From: a virus
Taxonomy: Duplodnaviria; Caudoviricetes
Strand: one strand, 5' to 3'
DNA: 38,925 bases
IMG/VR virus record: IMGVR_UViG_3300005512_000105
Coordinates: 1-38,925 of that record
A program made the translations under genes and the position numbers. The notes beneath the pieces were generated by a model, which made no database searches, was not told the DNA's origin, and saw only the letters and a program-made list of their open reading frames with translations. Position 1 is the first letter of the stretch, and every line of letters starts with the position of its first letter. Of the stretch, positions 1 to 9,518 are shown one piece after another.

Positions 1-58
1 TCAGCTCTGAAAAAAATATCGCGAAATTCAGCGGCAAACCTAGTTTTTAGGGGTTGAC

Positions 59-196
59 ATGAGAAAGCAAAAGCTGAAATGCGACGAGGGCGAATGGTTG
101 AGCAAACGATGGCGACGCGTTTGCCTCTGGAAAGCTGGACAAGGAAAACGCATCAAGCGGAGACTCAATAAACGATTTCGAAGGATTACACCATGA
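59..196 (+). CDS. small basic hypothetical protein (45 aa, MRKQKLKCDEGEW...KRRLNKRFRRITP)
   Basis: Below the ORF-track cutoff and translated by hand. Its TGA overlaps the terS ATG as ATGA (193-196), which is typical translational coupling. Confidence 0.6.
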   Translation: MRKQKLKCDEGEWLSKRWRRVCLWKAGQGKRIKRRLNKRFRRITP

Positions 197-684
197 CAAC
201 CAGAGGACGAAGACCAAAACCAACCGCAGTCAAGAAAGCCGAAGGCAACCCAGGCAAGCGACCGCTCAACAAGTCGGAGCCAAGCGCCGGTAAGAAACCA
301 TCGAAGCCAGCATATCTCGGCAAATACGGCTCGCGCATGTGGGATACAACGATCAAGCAGCTTGATAAAATGGGTGTGCTCGATGCTGCGGATCAGAACT
401 CAATCATGCTTTGGTGCTTGGCTTATGATGATATGCGGGTTTGCCGGGATTACATTGAGAAGCACGGATCAGTTTTCAAGGTAACAGACCAGCAGGGCAA
501 CGAGATTGCAAGGGAGCATCCGTCGGCACGCGGCGCACGGGACGCATGGAAGGCGATGCGCGGAATGTTGTCTGAGTTCGGATTCACCCCGGCGGCACGG
601 GCTCGCCTCGGCAGCAGTGAGGAAGGCGAGAACGAATTAACGAAACTGCTTGGGGAAATGTCCGAGGCATCGAAAAGGAATTGA
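193..684 (+). CDS. terS: terminase small subunit, P27 family
   Basis: N-terminal GRRPKPTAVKKAEGNPGKRPLN, internal HP, C-terminal EFGFTPAARARL. Lies upstream of terL. Confidence 0.95.
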   Translation: MTTRGRRPKPTAVKKAEGNPGKRPLNKSEPSAGKKPSKPAYLGKYGSRMWDTTIKQLDKMGVLDAADQNSIMLWCLAYDDMRVCRDYIEKHGSVFKVTDQQGNEIAREHPSARGARDAWKAMRGMLSEFGFTPAARARLGSSEEGENELTKLLGEMSEASKRN

Positions 685-686
685 AT

Positions 687-842
687 ATGAAAGCATCCGA
701 ACTTATCGAACTGCTGGCGGAACTGAAGGCAAAACACGGGGACTTGGATGTGGAGTATATTTGCCGAATCGATGACGACGGCGCGGTGAAGGAAGTAAAC
801 ATCAATGATTCGTGGGGGATTCCTTACATCGAATTGAGATAA
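687..842 (+). CDS. hypothetical protein (51 aa, MKASELIELLAELKAKHGDLDV...)
   Basis: Hand-translated. Fills the terS-terL gap exactly, and its TAA abuts the terL ATG at 843. Confidence 0.7.
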   Translation: MKASELIELLAELKAKHGDLDVEYICRIDDDGAVKEVNINDSWGIPYIELR

Positions 843-2522
843 ATGACGCACGACCCAGTATCACAATACGCTCTTGACGTTCTCGACGGCAAACAGCCAG
901 CTTGCAGGCTTGTGAAATCCGCATGTCAAAGGCACTTGGACGACATTGCCCGCGATGACATATATTTTGACACGCGGCATGTTGAGCTTGTGTTCAAGTT
1001 CTTGAAGCTGTGCAAGCATTACAAGGGCGAATGGGCGGGGAAGCCTATTGAGTTGCACCCGGCGCAGCAATTCATAGTTGGGAATCTGTTTGGGTGGAAG
1101 CATAAGGACTCCGGTTTACGCCGATACCGGACCGCATACATCGAGCTACCACGTAAAAACGGCAAATCGACTCTGCTTTCTGCAATTTCAATATACCTTT
1201 TGATAGCAGACCAAGAGCAAGGCGCTGAGATTTACGCCGCGGCAACCAAGGAAGAACAAGCAAAAATCGTCTGGCAAGCGGCGTGGGAGATGGTGAAAAA
1301 GTCGCCAGCACTATCAAAAGCGTGCAAAACAAGGCACAATTCCGTTCTTTTCCCTTCAACAACGAGCATTTTCCGACCTTTGGGGGCAGATTCGGATACA
1401 TTGGACGGATTAAACCCTCATGCCGTGATCAATGACGAATTGCACGCATGGAAGGGGCGGCAATTGTGGGACGTTCTTGAGGATGCATTCGGCTCACGTT
1501 CGCAACCGCTCAACATTGCAATCACGACGGCGGGATTTAACCGCAACGGGATTTGTTACCAGCAAAGGCAGCATTGCGTGCAATTCCTTGATCCGAATTC
1601 CGGAATAAATGACGATTCTTATTTTGCATACATTGCCACAGTTGATCAGGAAGACTTGGACGACCCAGAGGCACGATTCAGGGAGGACACTTGGTTCAAG
1701 GCAAACCCGATGCTTGGCGTATCCAAGAATCTTGAATACATGCGCGACCAGGCAAACAAAGCCAAAGCGATGCCTGGGAAGATGAACGCTTTCCTCAACA
1801 AGCAACTGAACGTATGGACAGACGGGCAAAACCTTTGGTTGAATATGGATAAATGGGACAAGTGCGGCGGGCAGATCGACCTTGAAAAACTAAAGGGCAG
1901 CGTTTGTTTTTCAGGCCTGGACTTATCGACAACCACTGACATAACGGCGCACGTCCTGCTTTTCCCGCCTGGGGCATACGAAGAATGGGTGATCCTTCCG
2001 TTCTTTTACATGCCAGAGGCAAACATTGCAGAGGCAAGCCGGCGGGACAAAGTTCCGTATGACCAATGGATCGAACAAGGATTGATCGAGGCGACACCGG
2101 GCGATTTCATTGACCTTGAGTTCATAAAGAAAGACTTCCTTGACTTGTCTGCTCTCTATGAAATCAAGGAATGCGGATACGATCCTTGGAAGGCAACAGA
2201 GATTGCGACCGCACTGGAGAACGAAGGCGCAAAAATGGTAATGATGCGACAGGGACACGCCACGCTTGCACCCGGTGCTGATGCGCTGGAGAAGAAAATC
2301 CTAAAGGGCGAACTCAGGCACGGCGGAAACCCTGTCCTCCGTTGGATGGCATCGAACGCGACCGGCAGGCAAGACCCAAACGGCAACGTGATTCCGGACA
2401 AAGTGAATTCATATTCACGCATTGACGGCATTTCCGCACTCGTCAACGCGATGGGGCGGGCAATCGTGGCGGGTGCGGATCAGCGCTCAATTTACGAAGA
2501 TGAAGGGATATTTTTTGTATGA
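843..2522 (+). CDS. terL: terminase large subunit
   Basis: Walker A PRKNGKS, Walker B INDELH, coupling motif ITTAG, nuclease motifs GLDLSTTTD and RIDG. Confidence 0.97.
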   Translation: MTHDPVSQYALDVLDGKQPACRLVKSACQRHLDDIARDDIYFDTRHVELVFKFLKLCKHYKGEWAGKPIELHPAQQFIVGNLFGWKHKDSGLRRYRTAYIELPRKNGKSTLLSAISIYLLIADQEQGAEIYAAATKEEQAKIVWQAAWEMVKKSPALSKACKTRHNSVLFPSTTSIFRPLGADSDTLDGLNPHAVINDELHAWKGRQLWDVLEDAFGSRSQPLNIAITTAGFNRNGICYQQRQHCVQFLDPNSGINDDSYFAYIATVDQEDLDDPEARFREDTWFKANPMLGVSKNLEYMRDQANKAKAMPGKMNAFLNKQLNVWTDGQNLWLNMDKWDKCGGQIDLEKLKGSVCFSGLDLSTTTDITAHVLLFPPGAYEEWVILPFFYMPEANIAEASRRDKVPYDQWIEQGLIEATPGDFIDLEFIKKDFLDLSALYEIKECGYDPWKATEIATALENEGAKMVMMRQGHATLAPGADALEKKILKGELRHGGNPVLRWMASNATGRQDPNGNVIPDKVNSYSRIDGISALVNAMGRAIVAGADQRSIYEDEGIFFV

Positions 2523-2755
2523 CAACAATCGAACAAGCTGAAATTACAACGATACTTTACAAGGGAGAACCTTATCAATTTGTTGAGGCCCACAGGCTCA
2601 ATGCAACGCAGCTTGCTTGCGCGTTGGGATATTCATACAGGACAATCCTTGAAATGAAGGCCTCAGGTTGCCCTTTCTTCGGGCAGTTCTCAACTGTTCA
2701 AATCGTGAGAAAGTGGGAATACCACAATAAAAATTGGCGGCAGGTCCGCGCATAA
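2519..2755 (+). CDS. small HTH-like DNA-binding protein
   Basis: LNATQLACALGYSYRTILEMKASGCP resembles a MerR/Xis/Nu1-type HTH. ATGA overlap with terL. Confidence 0.6.
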   Translation: MTTIEQAEITTILYKGEPYQFVEAHRLNATQLACALGYSYRTILEMKASGCPFFGQFSTVQIVRKWEYHNKNWRQVRA

Positions 2756-2819
2756 TCTCACTTTTCTGCATGTTTCCTCACGTATTTTTTTCGCTGTTCT
2801 CCCCTTATTGTAAGGGTGA

Positions 2820-4061
2820 ATGGCATTCCTCTCGCCAATTCTAAGCTTCTTCCGAAGCGCTCGCAAGATTCCACCCGTTCTTATGAAGGACGGCGGCGAA
2901 TACTTGGGGCGCTGGTTCGGGGTTAATAACTCTGCAACCGGCATCACGGTCACTCCTGACTCAGCGATGCGGGCGGCGGCGGTGTTCTCATGCGTTCGAA
3001 TCTTGTCCGAATCCGTCGCCGCCCTTCCTTTAGTCCTATACCGCCGAATTGAAGTCAGCGGAAAGGAAGGCAAGGAACGCGCAACCAGTCACCCGCTTTA
3101 TGGTGTCTTGCATCGTTCCCCGAACATGGAGCAAACAAGCTTCGAGTTCCGGGAGATGCTGCAAGGGCATTTGACTTTGCGAGGGAATGCGTTTGCATTC
3201 GTTGACTGGTCAAGAGGAGGAAGGGTTCGCGGGCTTGTCCCGATGCACCCGGACAGGATGGACGTTAAGCGCAAAACTGATGGTTCGCTGTCTTACGAAT
3301 ACCGCAGGCTTGACGGCAAAACGGAATACTATTCACACGATGAAATCCTGCACCTACGCGGACTTGCTTCCGATGGTGTTATGGGGCTTTCACCGATTGA
3401 AGTCGCAAGGGAATCCGTCGCGCTTTCGCTTGCCACAGAGGACTACGGCGCGCGGTTTTTCGGAAACGGAACCCACATCGGCGCTTACCTGGAGACTGAT
3501 CAACCGTTGACCAAGGAAGTTAAACAGAACTTGAAGGAGTCAATCGGACGCGAGCATGGTGGACTTATCAACGCGCATAAGATTCCGGTTTTTGACAACG
3601 GCATGAAATTGCAGAGGTTAAACATGACCGCAGAGGATGCCCAATTCCTGGAGAGCCGCAAGTTCCAGATTTCCGAGATTGCCAGAATCTTCCGCGTTCC
3701 GCCTCACAAAATCTATGACTTGGACCGGGCGACGTTTTCAAACATCGAACAGCAATCGATTGATTTCGTCACGGATTCAATAATGCCTTGGCTGGTTCGG
3801 TGGGAGCAACGGCTTTCCAAGACTCTGCTAAAACCGAAGGAGCAAGACGAATACTTTTTCGAGTTCAAAATGGATGCTCTTTTGCGGGGCGAAACCAAGG
3901 CCCGCCAAGAATCCCTCCAAATCCAAAGACGCAACGGAATCATAAGCGCAAACGAATGGCGAGCGCTTGAAAATATGAATCCCCGCGTTGACCCAGAGGG
4001 CGACGAATACATGCAAGACAAAGCCATGACGCCCGACCAACCGAAGGAACAAGATGCCTAA
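2820..4061 (+). CDS. portal protein, HK97 family
   Basis: AVFSCVRILSESVAALP, LRGNAF, GLSPI, QFLESRKF, IARIFRVPP, NEWRALENMNP. Confidence 0.97.
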   Translation: MAFLSPILSFFRSARKIPPVLMKDGGEYLGRWFGVNNSATGITVTPDSAMRAAAVFSCVRILSESVAALPLVLYRRIEVSGKEGKERATSHPLYGVLHRSPNMEQTSFEFREMLQGHLTLRGNAFAFVDWSRGGRVRGLVPMHPDRMDVKRKTDGSLSYEYRRLDGKTEYYSHDEILHLRGLASDGVMGLSPIEVARESVALSLATEDYGARFFGNGTHIGAYLETDQPLTKEVKQNLKESIGREHGGLINAHKIPVFDNGMKLQRLNMTAEDAQFLESRKFQISEIARIFRVPPHKIYDLDRATFSNIEQQSIDFVTDSIMPWLVRWEQRLSKTLLKPKEQDEYFFEFKMDALLRGETKARQESLQIQRRNGIISANEWRALENMNPRVDPEGDEYMQDKAMTPDQPKEQDA

Positions 4062-4680
4062 GAACAATCAGCCTGAAAAACGGCTCTCACAAGCAAATTT
4101 CGAAATCCGAGCGGAAGGCGATTCCAAACCAAAGATCGTTGGGTACGCCGCCATGTTCAACAAACGCTCGCAAAACTTCGGTGATGATGACTATCAGATG
4201 TATGAGATCATCGAGCCGGGAGCTTTCTCTAATGTTCTCAACGATGACGTTCGAGCATTGGTTAACCACGAAGGGGGATTGCAAACACTCGCCAGAACCA
4301 AAAGCGGAACGCTGAAGCTAACCGAGGATGAAATCGGATTGCGCTTTGAATTTGAAGCACCGGACACGCAGGCCGGACGCGATCTTGTTGAAATCCTGAA
4401 GCGCGGCGACATTGATCAAGCATCGTTCGCGTTCCAAGTAAACCACGACGGGCAAACATGGGATGAGACCGAAGAAAACGGCAAGCCCGTTGTGCTACGC
4501 AAAATAACGAAGGTCTCAAGACTGTTGGACGTCTCCCCAGTCACCTACCCAGCATATCCAGACACATTGGTGCAGGCCCGATCCTTCGATGAATTCAAAG
4601 ACCAAAAACAACTTTCAGCGCTTGACCTTGAACAAGAGGAACGGGCGCGAAAAATCAAGCTCGCCGAGCTTGCCAACTAA
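4054..4680 (+). CDS. prohead maturation protease, HK97 family
   Basis: IVGYAAMFN, EIIEPGAF, catalytic His in LVNH, Ser in QASFAF, DVSPVTYPAY. Confidence 0.95.
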   Translation: MPKNNQPEKRLSQANFEIRAEGDSKPKIVGYAAMFNKRSQNFGDDDYQMYEIIEPGAFSNVLNDDVRALVNHEGGLQTLARTKSGTLKLTEDEIGLRFEFEAPDTQAGRDLVEILKRGDIDQASFAFQVNHDGQTWDETEENGKPVVLRKITKVSRLLDVSPVTYPAYPDTLVQARSFDEFKDQKQLSALDLEQEERARKIKLAELAN

Positions 4681-4701
4681 AACCAAACCCGACCAAAACA
4701 C

Positions 4702-5997
4702 ATGCCTAACGACCTGAAAGCCCTATACCAAGAAAAGGGCAACATTGCTAAGGATATGCGGGACTTTGACGCCAAGCTAACCGGCGAAAAGCGACGCATG
4801 AACTCCGAGGATAAAACCAAGTGGAAACAATGGGAAACCCGCCTGGACGAAATCGACGAAGTGATTCAGCGCAGCGAACGCTTGAACGCTTTGGCCAAAG
4901 ACGACGAAACCAGTCGGCGCGACTTTAAGCCCGACGGTGACGGACGCCAGCACAGCGACGCCAACACCGAAGCCCGCAGCATCGAACAGTATGAGCGCAA
5001 TATGCGCGACCTGAACCGGATCAACGACGAACAGCGTCAAACTGTTGAATGCGTGCAGCGCCGAGGCTTCCGGAACTTCCTTCGAAGCGGTCTTTCTGGT
5101 TTGTCCGAGATTGAGCAACGCGCATTGCAGATGGGAACCGGACCTGATGGCGGTTATCTCGTTGCACCCGTTGCTTGGATGAACGACCTGATCAAAGCCA
5201 AGGATGACCAAAGCTTCATCCGCCAGCTTGCGACCAAATACACGATCAGCGGGGCTCATTCAATGGGCTTTCCAAGCCTTGAGACTGACCCGGCGGATTC
5301 TGATTGGACCTCCGAACTCGGCACGGGTTCCTTGGATTCTTCTATGGCTCTGGGTAAACGCGAGCTGAAAACCAATCCGCTCGCCAAGCGTTTGAAGGTT
5401 TCCAAGGCACTGATGAGGAATTCCAACATTGAATCCCTTGTGTCGGATCGCTTGGGATACAAGATGGGGATAACTGAAGAAAAAGCTTTCCTCACTGGCT
5501 CCGGCGTTCAACGTCCTTTGGGACTGTTCACCGCTTCAACCGACGGAATCAGCACCGGGCGCGATGTTTCCACGGGGAACACCACAACTGCAATTGGGGC
5601 GGACAACCTGATCGAGTGCAAATATGCGCTCAAGGGCGCTTATTGGAACAATGCTACTTGGATTTTCCATCGTGACGCTGTGAAGGCAATCCGCAAGCTG
5701 AAGGATTCCAACAATCAATACTTGTGGCAACCAGGTTTGCAGCAGGGACACCCTGACCGCATTCTCGACCTGCCGTTCGTTGTTTCGGAATACGCTCCAA
5801 ACACGTTCACAAGCGGGCTGTATGTCGGAATCCTGGGCGACTTCTCCCAGTATTACATCCTTGATTCGCTGGATATGGAGATTCAACGGCTCAATGAGCT
5901 GTATGCGGAAACCAACCAAGTTGGGTTCATCACACGCGCCGAAACAGACGGAATGCCTGTTCTTGAAGAAGCATTCGTGCGCGTCACCTTGGCTTAA
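4702..5997 (+). CDS. major capsid protein, HK97 fold with N-terminal delta domain
   Basis: Charged coiled-coil N-terminus, DGGYLVAP, FLTGSG..RPLG, KLKDSNNQYLWQP, GDFSQY. Follows the protease. Confidence 0.96.
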   Translation: MPNDLKALYQEKGNIAKDMRDFDAKLTGEKRRMNSEDKTKWKQWETRLDEIDEVIQRSERLNALAKDDETSRRDFKPDGDGRQHSDANTEARSIEQYERNMRDLNRINDEQRQTVECVQRRGFRNFLRSGLSGLSEIEQRALQMGTGPDGGYLVAPVAWMNDLIKAKDDQSFIRQLATKYTISGAHSMGFPSLETDPADSDWTSELGTGSLDSSMALGKRELKTNPLAKRLKVSKALMRNSNIESLVSDRLGYKMGITEEKAFLTGSGVQRPLGLFTASTDGISTGRDVSTGNTTTAIGADNLIECKYALKGAYWNNATWIFHRDAVKAIRKLKDSNNQYLWQPGLQQGHPDRILDLPFVVSEYAPNTFTSGLYVGILGDFSQYYILDSLDMEIQRLNELYAETNQVGFITRAETDGMPVLEEAFVRVTLA

Positions 5998-6016
5998 TCA
6001 ACGAAAGGAAAAAGAC

Positions 6017-6433
6017 ATGCAAGCCACTCTTTTGAATGACGTGAAAGTTACGGTCGTAAAGACCACTCAATCAACCGCAACGAGCGCTGTTAACACCGAT
6101 TCTGTTGACATGACAGGATTTGACGGCGTTGTGTTTGTTGGCGCTTTGGCAACGGCAAACGCTGGCAACAGCGTAAACCTAGCCCAATCATCCGACAATT
6201 CGACGTTTGTTGATCTTGCTGGCACTGCTCAAGTTCCGGGGACAAACGGTGATCTTGTTGCAATTGACCTATTCCGCCCATCGGATCGATATGTCAGGGC
6301 GGAAATTGTCCGCGCTGGTGCTACGACCGTGACGGAAACCTTCTATGCAATCCAGTATCGCGGGCGTAAGTCTCCGATCACTTCGATTGCGACTCAGGAA
6401 ACCCACGTTTCTCCCGACGAAGGAACCGCATAA
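6017..6433 (+). CDS. putative capsid-associated/decoration protein (138 aa)
   Basis: Start reassigned to ATG 6017 behind AAGGA. Beta-rich Thr/Ala/Val sequence immediately after the MCP. Function inferred from position. Confidence 0.6.
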   Translation: MQATLLNDVKVTVVKTTQSTATSAVNTDSVDMTGFDGVVFVGALATANAGNSVNLAQSSDNSTFVDLAGTAQVPGTNGDLVAIDLFRPSDRYVRAEIVRAGATTVTETFYAIQYRGRKSPITSIATQETHVSPDEGTA

Positions 6434-6510
6434 CCCCTGATAAGTAAAAATCCAGAACCGGGGATTTTTCGCCAGTGAAGCCTTTTTGCCCCGGTTTCCA
6501 TTTTTGAATC

Positions 6511-6708
6511 ATGAAAGTCAGATACACAACCACAGTTGCCGGTCCGAATACGGCAGTGAACGGAAACGCCGGAGACGTTCGGGAAATAGAAGCCAGCGAT
6601 GCCAAGGAACTGATCGGTGCCAAGGCGGTTGTTCCCGTTGGACCGACTGAACAGGTAGCAAAGCGGACGGCAAAAGCGCCAGAGGCCAAGGTTGAGAAAC
6701 GCGGTTAA
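6511..6708 (+). CDS. hypothetical head-region protein (65 aa)
   Basis: GDVREI...AKELI..KA pattern with a Lys/Ala tail, of the kind commonly found between MCP and connector genes. Confidence 0.7.
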   Translation: MKVRYTTTVAGPNTAVNGNAGDVREIEASDAKELIGAKAVVPVGPTEQVAKRTAKAPEAKVEKRG

Positions 6709-6711
6709 ACA

Positions 6712-7293
6712 ATGCTTTTGGCACTGAACAGAACGACGGATGCAGCTTCCGAGCCCATTACAACGGCTCAAGCGAAAACGCATTTGCGCGTTACGCATAG
6801 CGACGATGACACATACATCGACGCGCTTGTGTCCGCCGCCCGTATCAATGCCGAGCATTATTGCGACCGCTCATTCATAAACCAAACCTGGGTCGCAACA
6901 TTCAGTTTGACGGAAGGCGAGCGGCTACGGCTGCCGAAACCGCCGCTCGCCTCTGTCACTTCCGTTCAATACCGGGATGGCGACGGCAACCTGCAAGTTG
7001 CATCAAGTTCAACATACGAAGTGAACACGGACAACGCGCCCGGTATTATTCGGTTTACAACCATTCCGGACTTTGATGGCAGCTATGAAAACCCGCTCCG
7101 TGTGACCTATGTTGCTGGGTACGGATCAAGCGCGACAGACGTTCCGGCGGCAATTGTTCACGCAATCAAGTTGTTGGTCGGCCACTACTACCGCCACCGA
7201 TCCGAAGTTGTGAACATGCTTGAGATAAAACCGGAGAACATTCCAAACGGCGTCAAGTCACTGCTCACGCCATACCGCTTTTTTTACTCATGA
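6712..7293 (+). CDS. head-tail connector (gp6-like)
   Basis: EPITTAQAKTHLRV..DDDTYI..L..AAR..AE.YC, YVAGYG, VPAAIVHAIKLLVGHYY.HR, LL.PYR. Confidence 0.92.
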   Translation: MLLALNRTTDAASEPITTAQAKTHLRVTHSDDDTYIDALVSAARINAEHYCDRSFINQTWVATFSLTEGERLRLPKPPLASVTSVQYRDGDGNLQVASSSTYEVNTDNAPGIIRFTTIPDFDGSYENPLRVTYVAGYGSSATDVPAAIVHAIKLLVGHYYRHRSEVVNMLEIKPENIPNGVKSLLTPYRFFYS

Positions 7294-7823
7294 AGAAAAC
7301 ACTTTTTGTAATCGTCCTGTTGATTCCGTTCCTGACCGCGTGCAAGCAAATCAAATGGGCAGGAGACAAGCTTTTTGAACCGATTATTAAAACGGAAGTC
7401 ACGAACACAAACAGAGTTGTTGACGTTCCGGAAATCACTCAACTGCCAGACGGAACGCTTCAAACCAACATCACGGAGAGGTTGCAACCCGTCAAAGTGA
7501 TAACCACGCATACGAACGGATGGGTGCTAAAGCCCGGCATTGAGAAAACGATTCACCTCGCAGGAGACGTTGCACCGTTCCCTTGGTCGTCCTTAGCTGC
7601 GAATGCAATCATTGCTACACTAGGCGGTGTTGCAGCTTTGCGCGGGAAGAAGTGGAAAAAAGCCACCACTTCAGCGGTTCAAGCGGCTGACAAATGGCGG
7701 CAGGTCGTTAAATCTTTGGACCCGGAAACGGACCGAAAAATCAAGACTGACACCATTAAGGAACAACGGGCAAGTGGTACGTTCGATTTGATTTCTGGAA
7801 TCGTGAAAAACGTTTTGAAGTAA
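7290..7823 (+). CDS. predicted lipoprotein with a second hydrophobic segment (u-spanin-like architecture)
   Basis: MKK, hydrophobic stretch, lipobox LTAC. Later hydrophobic segment WSSLAANAIIATLGGVAAL followed by RGKKWKK. Coupled to both neighbours. Confidence 0.6.
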   Translation: MKKTLFVIVLLIPFLTACKQIKWAGDKLFEPIIKTEVTNTNRVVDVPEITQLPDGTLQTNITERLQPVKVITTHTNGWVLKPGIEKTIHLAGDVAPFPWSSLAANAIIATLGGVAALRGKKWKKATTSAVQAADKWRQVVKSLDPETDRKIKTDTIKEQRASGTFDLISGIVKNVLK

Positions 7824-8161
7824 TGCCAATGGACCCCGGCCAACTGAACAAAAACATCGTGATCCAGCGCCAAGGCTCCGGTCAAAGCGCAATGGGAACA
7901 CCGAACGGCACTTGGGCAACTCATGCGACTGTATGGGCCGAACGCAAAGACCGAAAAGGCCGGCAATCATGGGAGAGCGAAGGCGCTTCGAAGGTTGAAG
8001 CCACGATGTTGACAGATTGGAGATTCTACAACACAAGCGACGTGTCAGACGTTACCAGCACAGACCGTATTTCATACAACAGCCAAACTTTCGACATATT
8101 AACCGTGCGCGAGATTGGCGATGATATTATCGAACTAACAACGCGACTAAGGACGAACTGA
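7823..8161 (+). CDS. head closure / head-tail adaptor (SPP1 gp16-like)
   Basis: MDPGQLNKNIVIQ...G.....W...ATVWA...DRI.Y....FDI..V, plus synteny. Confidence 0.88.
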   Translation: MPMDPGQLNKNIVIQRQGSGQSAMGTPNGTWATHATVWAERKDRKGRQSWESEGASKVEATMLTDWRFYNTSDVSDVTSTDRISYNSQTFDILTVREIGDDIIELTTRLRTN

Positions 8162-8670
8162 TGCCATTGCCATTCAAACTCAACATCAAGCAGAGTGAGT
8201 TCCAGAAACTCCGATCCGCTTTTGATCGAGTTGTCAGGCGCACGCAGGACAAGGTAATCAAGACGGCGGTTCGTGAAACCATGAAGCCTGTTCTTGCTGA
8301 TGCGCGGGCAAGAGCGCCACGCGGGGCAACTGGAATGCTTCGGAGCGCTACAAAGTTGAAAGTGAAAGGCTACCGGCGGAACGGGTTCGTTGTTGGAATC
8401 GTTGGTGTTTCTCGGATCAAAAAAGAGATCAACGGTGAGACTGTTCAGCCTTCCAAATATGCGCACCTTGTTGAATACGGAACCGCCCCTCATGGACCGA
8501 AGGTCAAAAGCATCATGTCGAACGGCAAGATGATCTTTGGAAAACGTGTAAAAGGGACGCCAGCAAGACCTTTCATTCGACCGACATTTGATTCCAACAG
8601 GGGAAGCATGGAACGTAATGTCAGAACAAAGATTGGGCGCGGCATTGAACGAATCGCAAAAGGCGTATGA
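8161..8670 (+). CDS. HK97 gp10-like neck/tail completion protein
   Basis: ARAP..TG.LRS, YAHLVEYGT, PARPFIRPTFD. Confidence 0.9.
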   Translation: MPLPFKLNIKQSEFQKLRSAFDRVVRRTQDKVIKTAVRETMKPVLADARARAPRGATGMLRSATKLKVKGYRRNGFVVGIVGVSRIKKEINGETVQPSKYAHLVEYGTAPHGPKVKSIMSNGKMIFGKRVKGTPARPFIRPTFDSNRGSMERNVRTKIGRGIERIAKGV

Positions 8671-9068
8671 GCTTACAATTTAAACAGGATTTGTTTTATG
8701 AAGTCACGAACGACGCGACCGTTTCAGGACTGATCAGCACGCGCTTTTATCCTGGACTTGCTCCGCAGGGCGCAACCTATCCTTTCGTGGAGTTCCACAC
8801 TGTCAGCGGCAACGACGAACTTTGCCACGATGGTCCGCTGGGGATCATACGCGACCGCATACAATTTGACATCGTGGCGGACACACCTGACGAGTGCGAA
8901 CAAATCAAAGATGGATTCTATACACTCCTTCACGGATTAAGCGGTCAAATCGGATCGGGGCCAACAACCACGGTTTCAGTCTGCACATTTGGCAATGAGA
9001 TGGACTTCTCAGAGTGGGAAGAAGGCAAGCACCGAAAGACAATCGACTTTTTAATCTCTTACAAGTAA
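8667..9068 (+). CDS. tail terminator (DUF3168-like)
   Basis: RFYPGLAPQGATYPFV, RIQFDI. Immediately precedes the tail tube gene. Confidence 0.85.
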   Translation: MSLQFKQDLFYEVTNDATVSGLISTRFYPGLAPQGATYPFVEFHTVSGNDELCHDGPLGIIRDRIQFDIVADTPDECEQIKDGFYTLLHGLSGQIGSGPTTTVSVCTFGNEMDFSEWEEGKHRKTIDFLISYK

Positions 9069-9094
9069 CCACCAACTAAACACAAGGAACACAC

Positions 9095-9508
9095 ATGGCA
9101 AAATATGACGGCTTTGGAGCCACACTACAATATGACCTCGACGGAATGCCAACTTGGACGACAATTGCAAGCGTCCGAAACATTGAAGGCCCGTCATTGT
9201 TGAGCGAAGTCATTGACGCAACCACTCACGACGAGTCTACGGGGTATCGCAGTTACATTGAAGGATTGCGCGATTCTGGTGATTTGACGATGGAAATTGC
9301 CTATGATCCAGCGGCAGCAAGTCACGCATGGATTCACGCCACCGGGCGCGGAACGATCAAGGCATACAAGTTGACCTTTCCGGACTCCGGCGCGACGACT
9401 TGGAGCTTTTCAGGAATTGTGACAAACTTCACGCCGAAAGCTCCGGTCGATGGACTAATGACCGCAGATGTTACAATCAAAGTCACGACCAACGTTACAG
9501 AAGCTTAA
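9095..9508 (+). CDS. major tail tube protein
   Basis: EVIDATTHD...YRSYIEGLRDSG, FSGIVT, DGLMTADVTIKVT. Confidence 0.9.
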   Translation: MAKYDGFGATLQYDLDGMPTWTTIASVRNIEGPSLLSEVIDATTHDESTGYRSYIEGLRDSGDLTMEIAYDPAAASHAWIHATGRGTIKAYKLTFPDSGATTWSFSGIVTNFTPKAPVDGLMTADVTIKVTTNVTEA

Positions 9509-9518
9509 TCCTTAAACC

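Noticed and set aside
54-80. TTGACA near the left end as a sigma70 promoter
   Set aside because: No acceptable -10 at 16-18 bp, and the hexamer overlaps the start of the 45-aa ORF.
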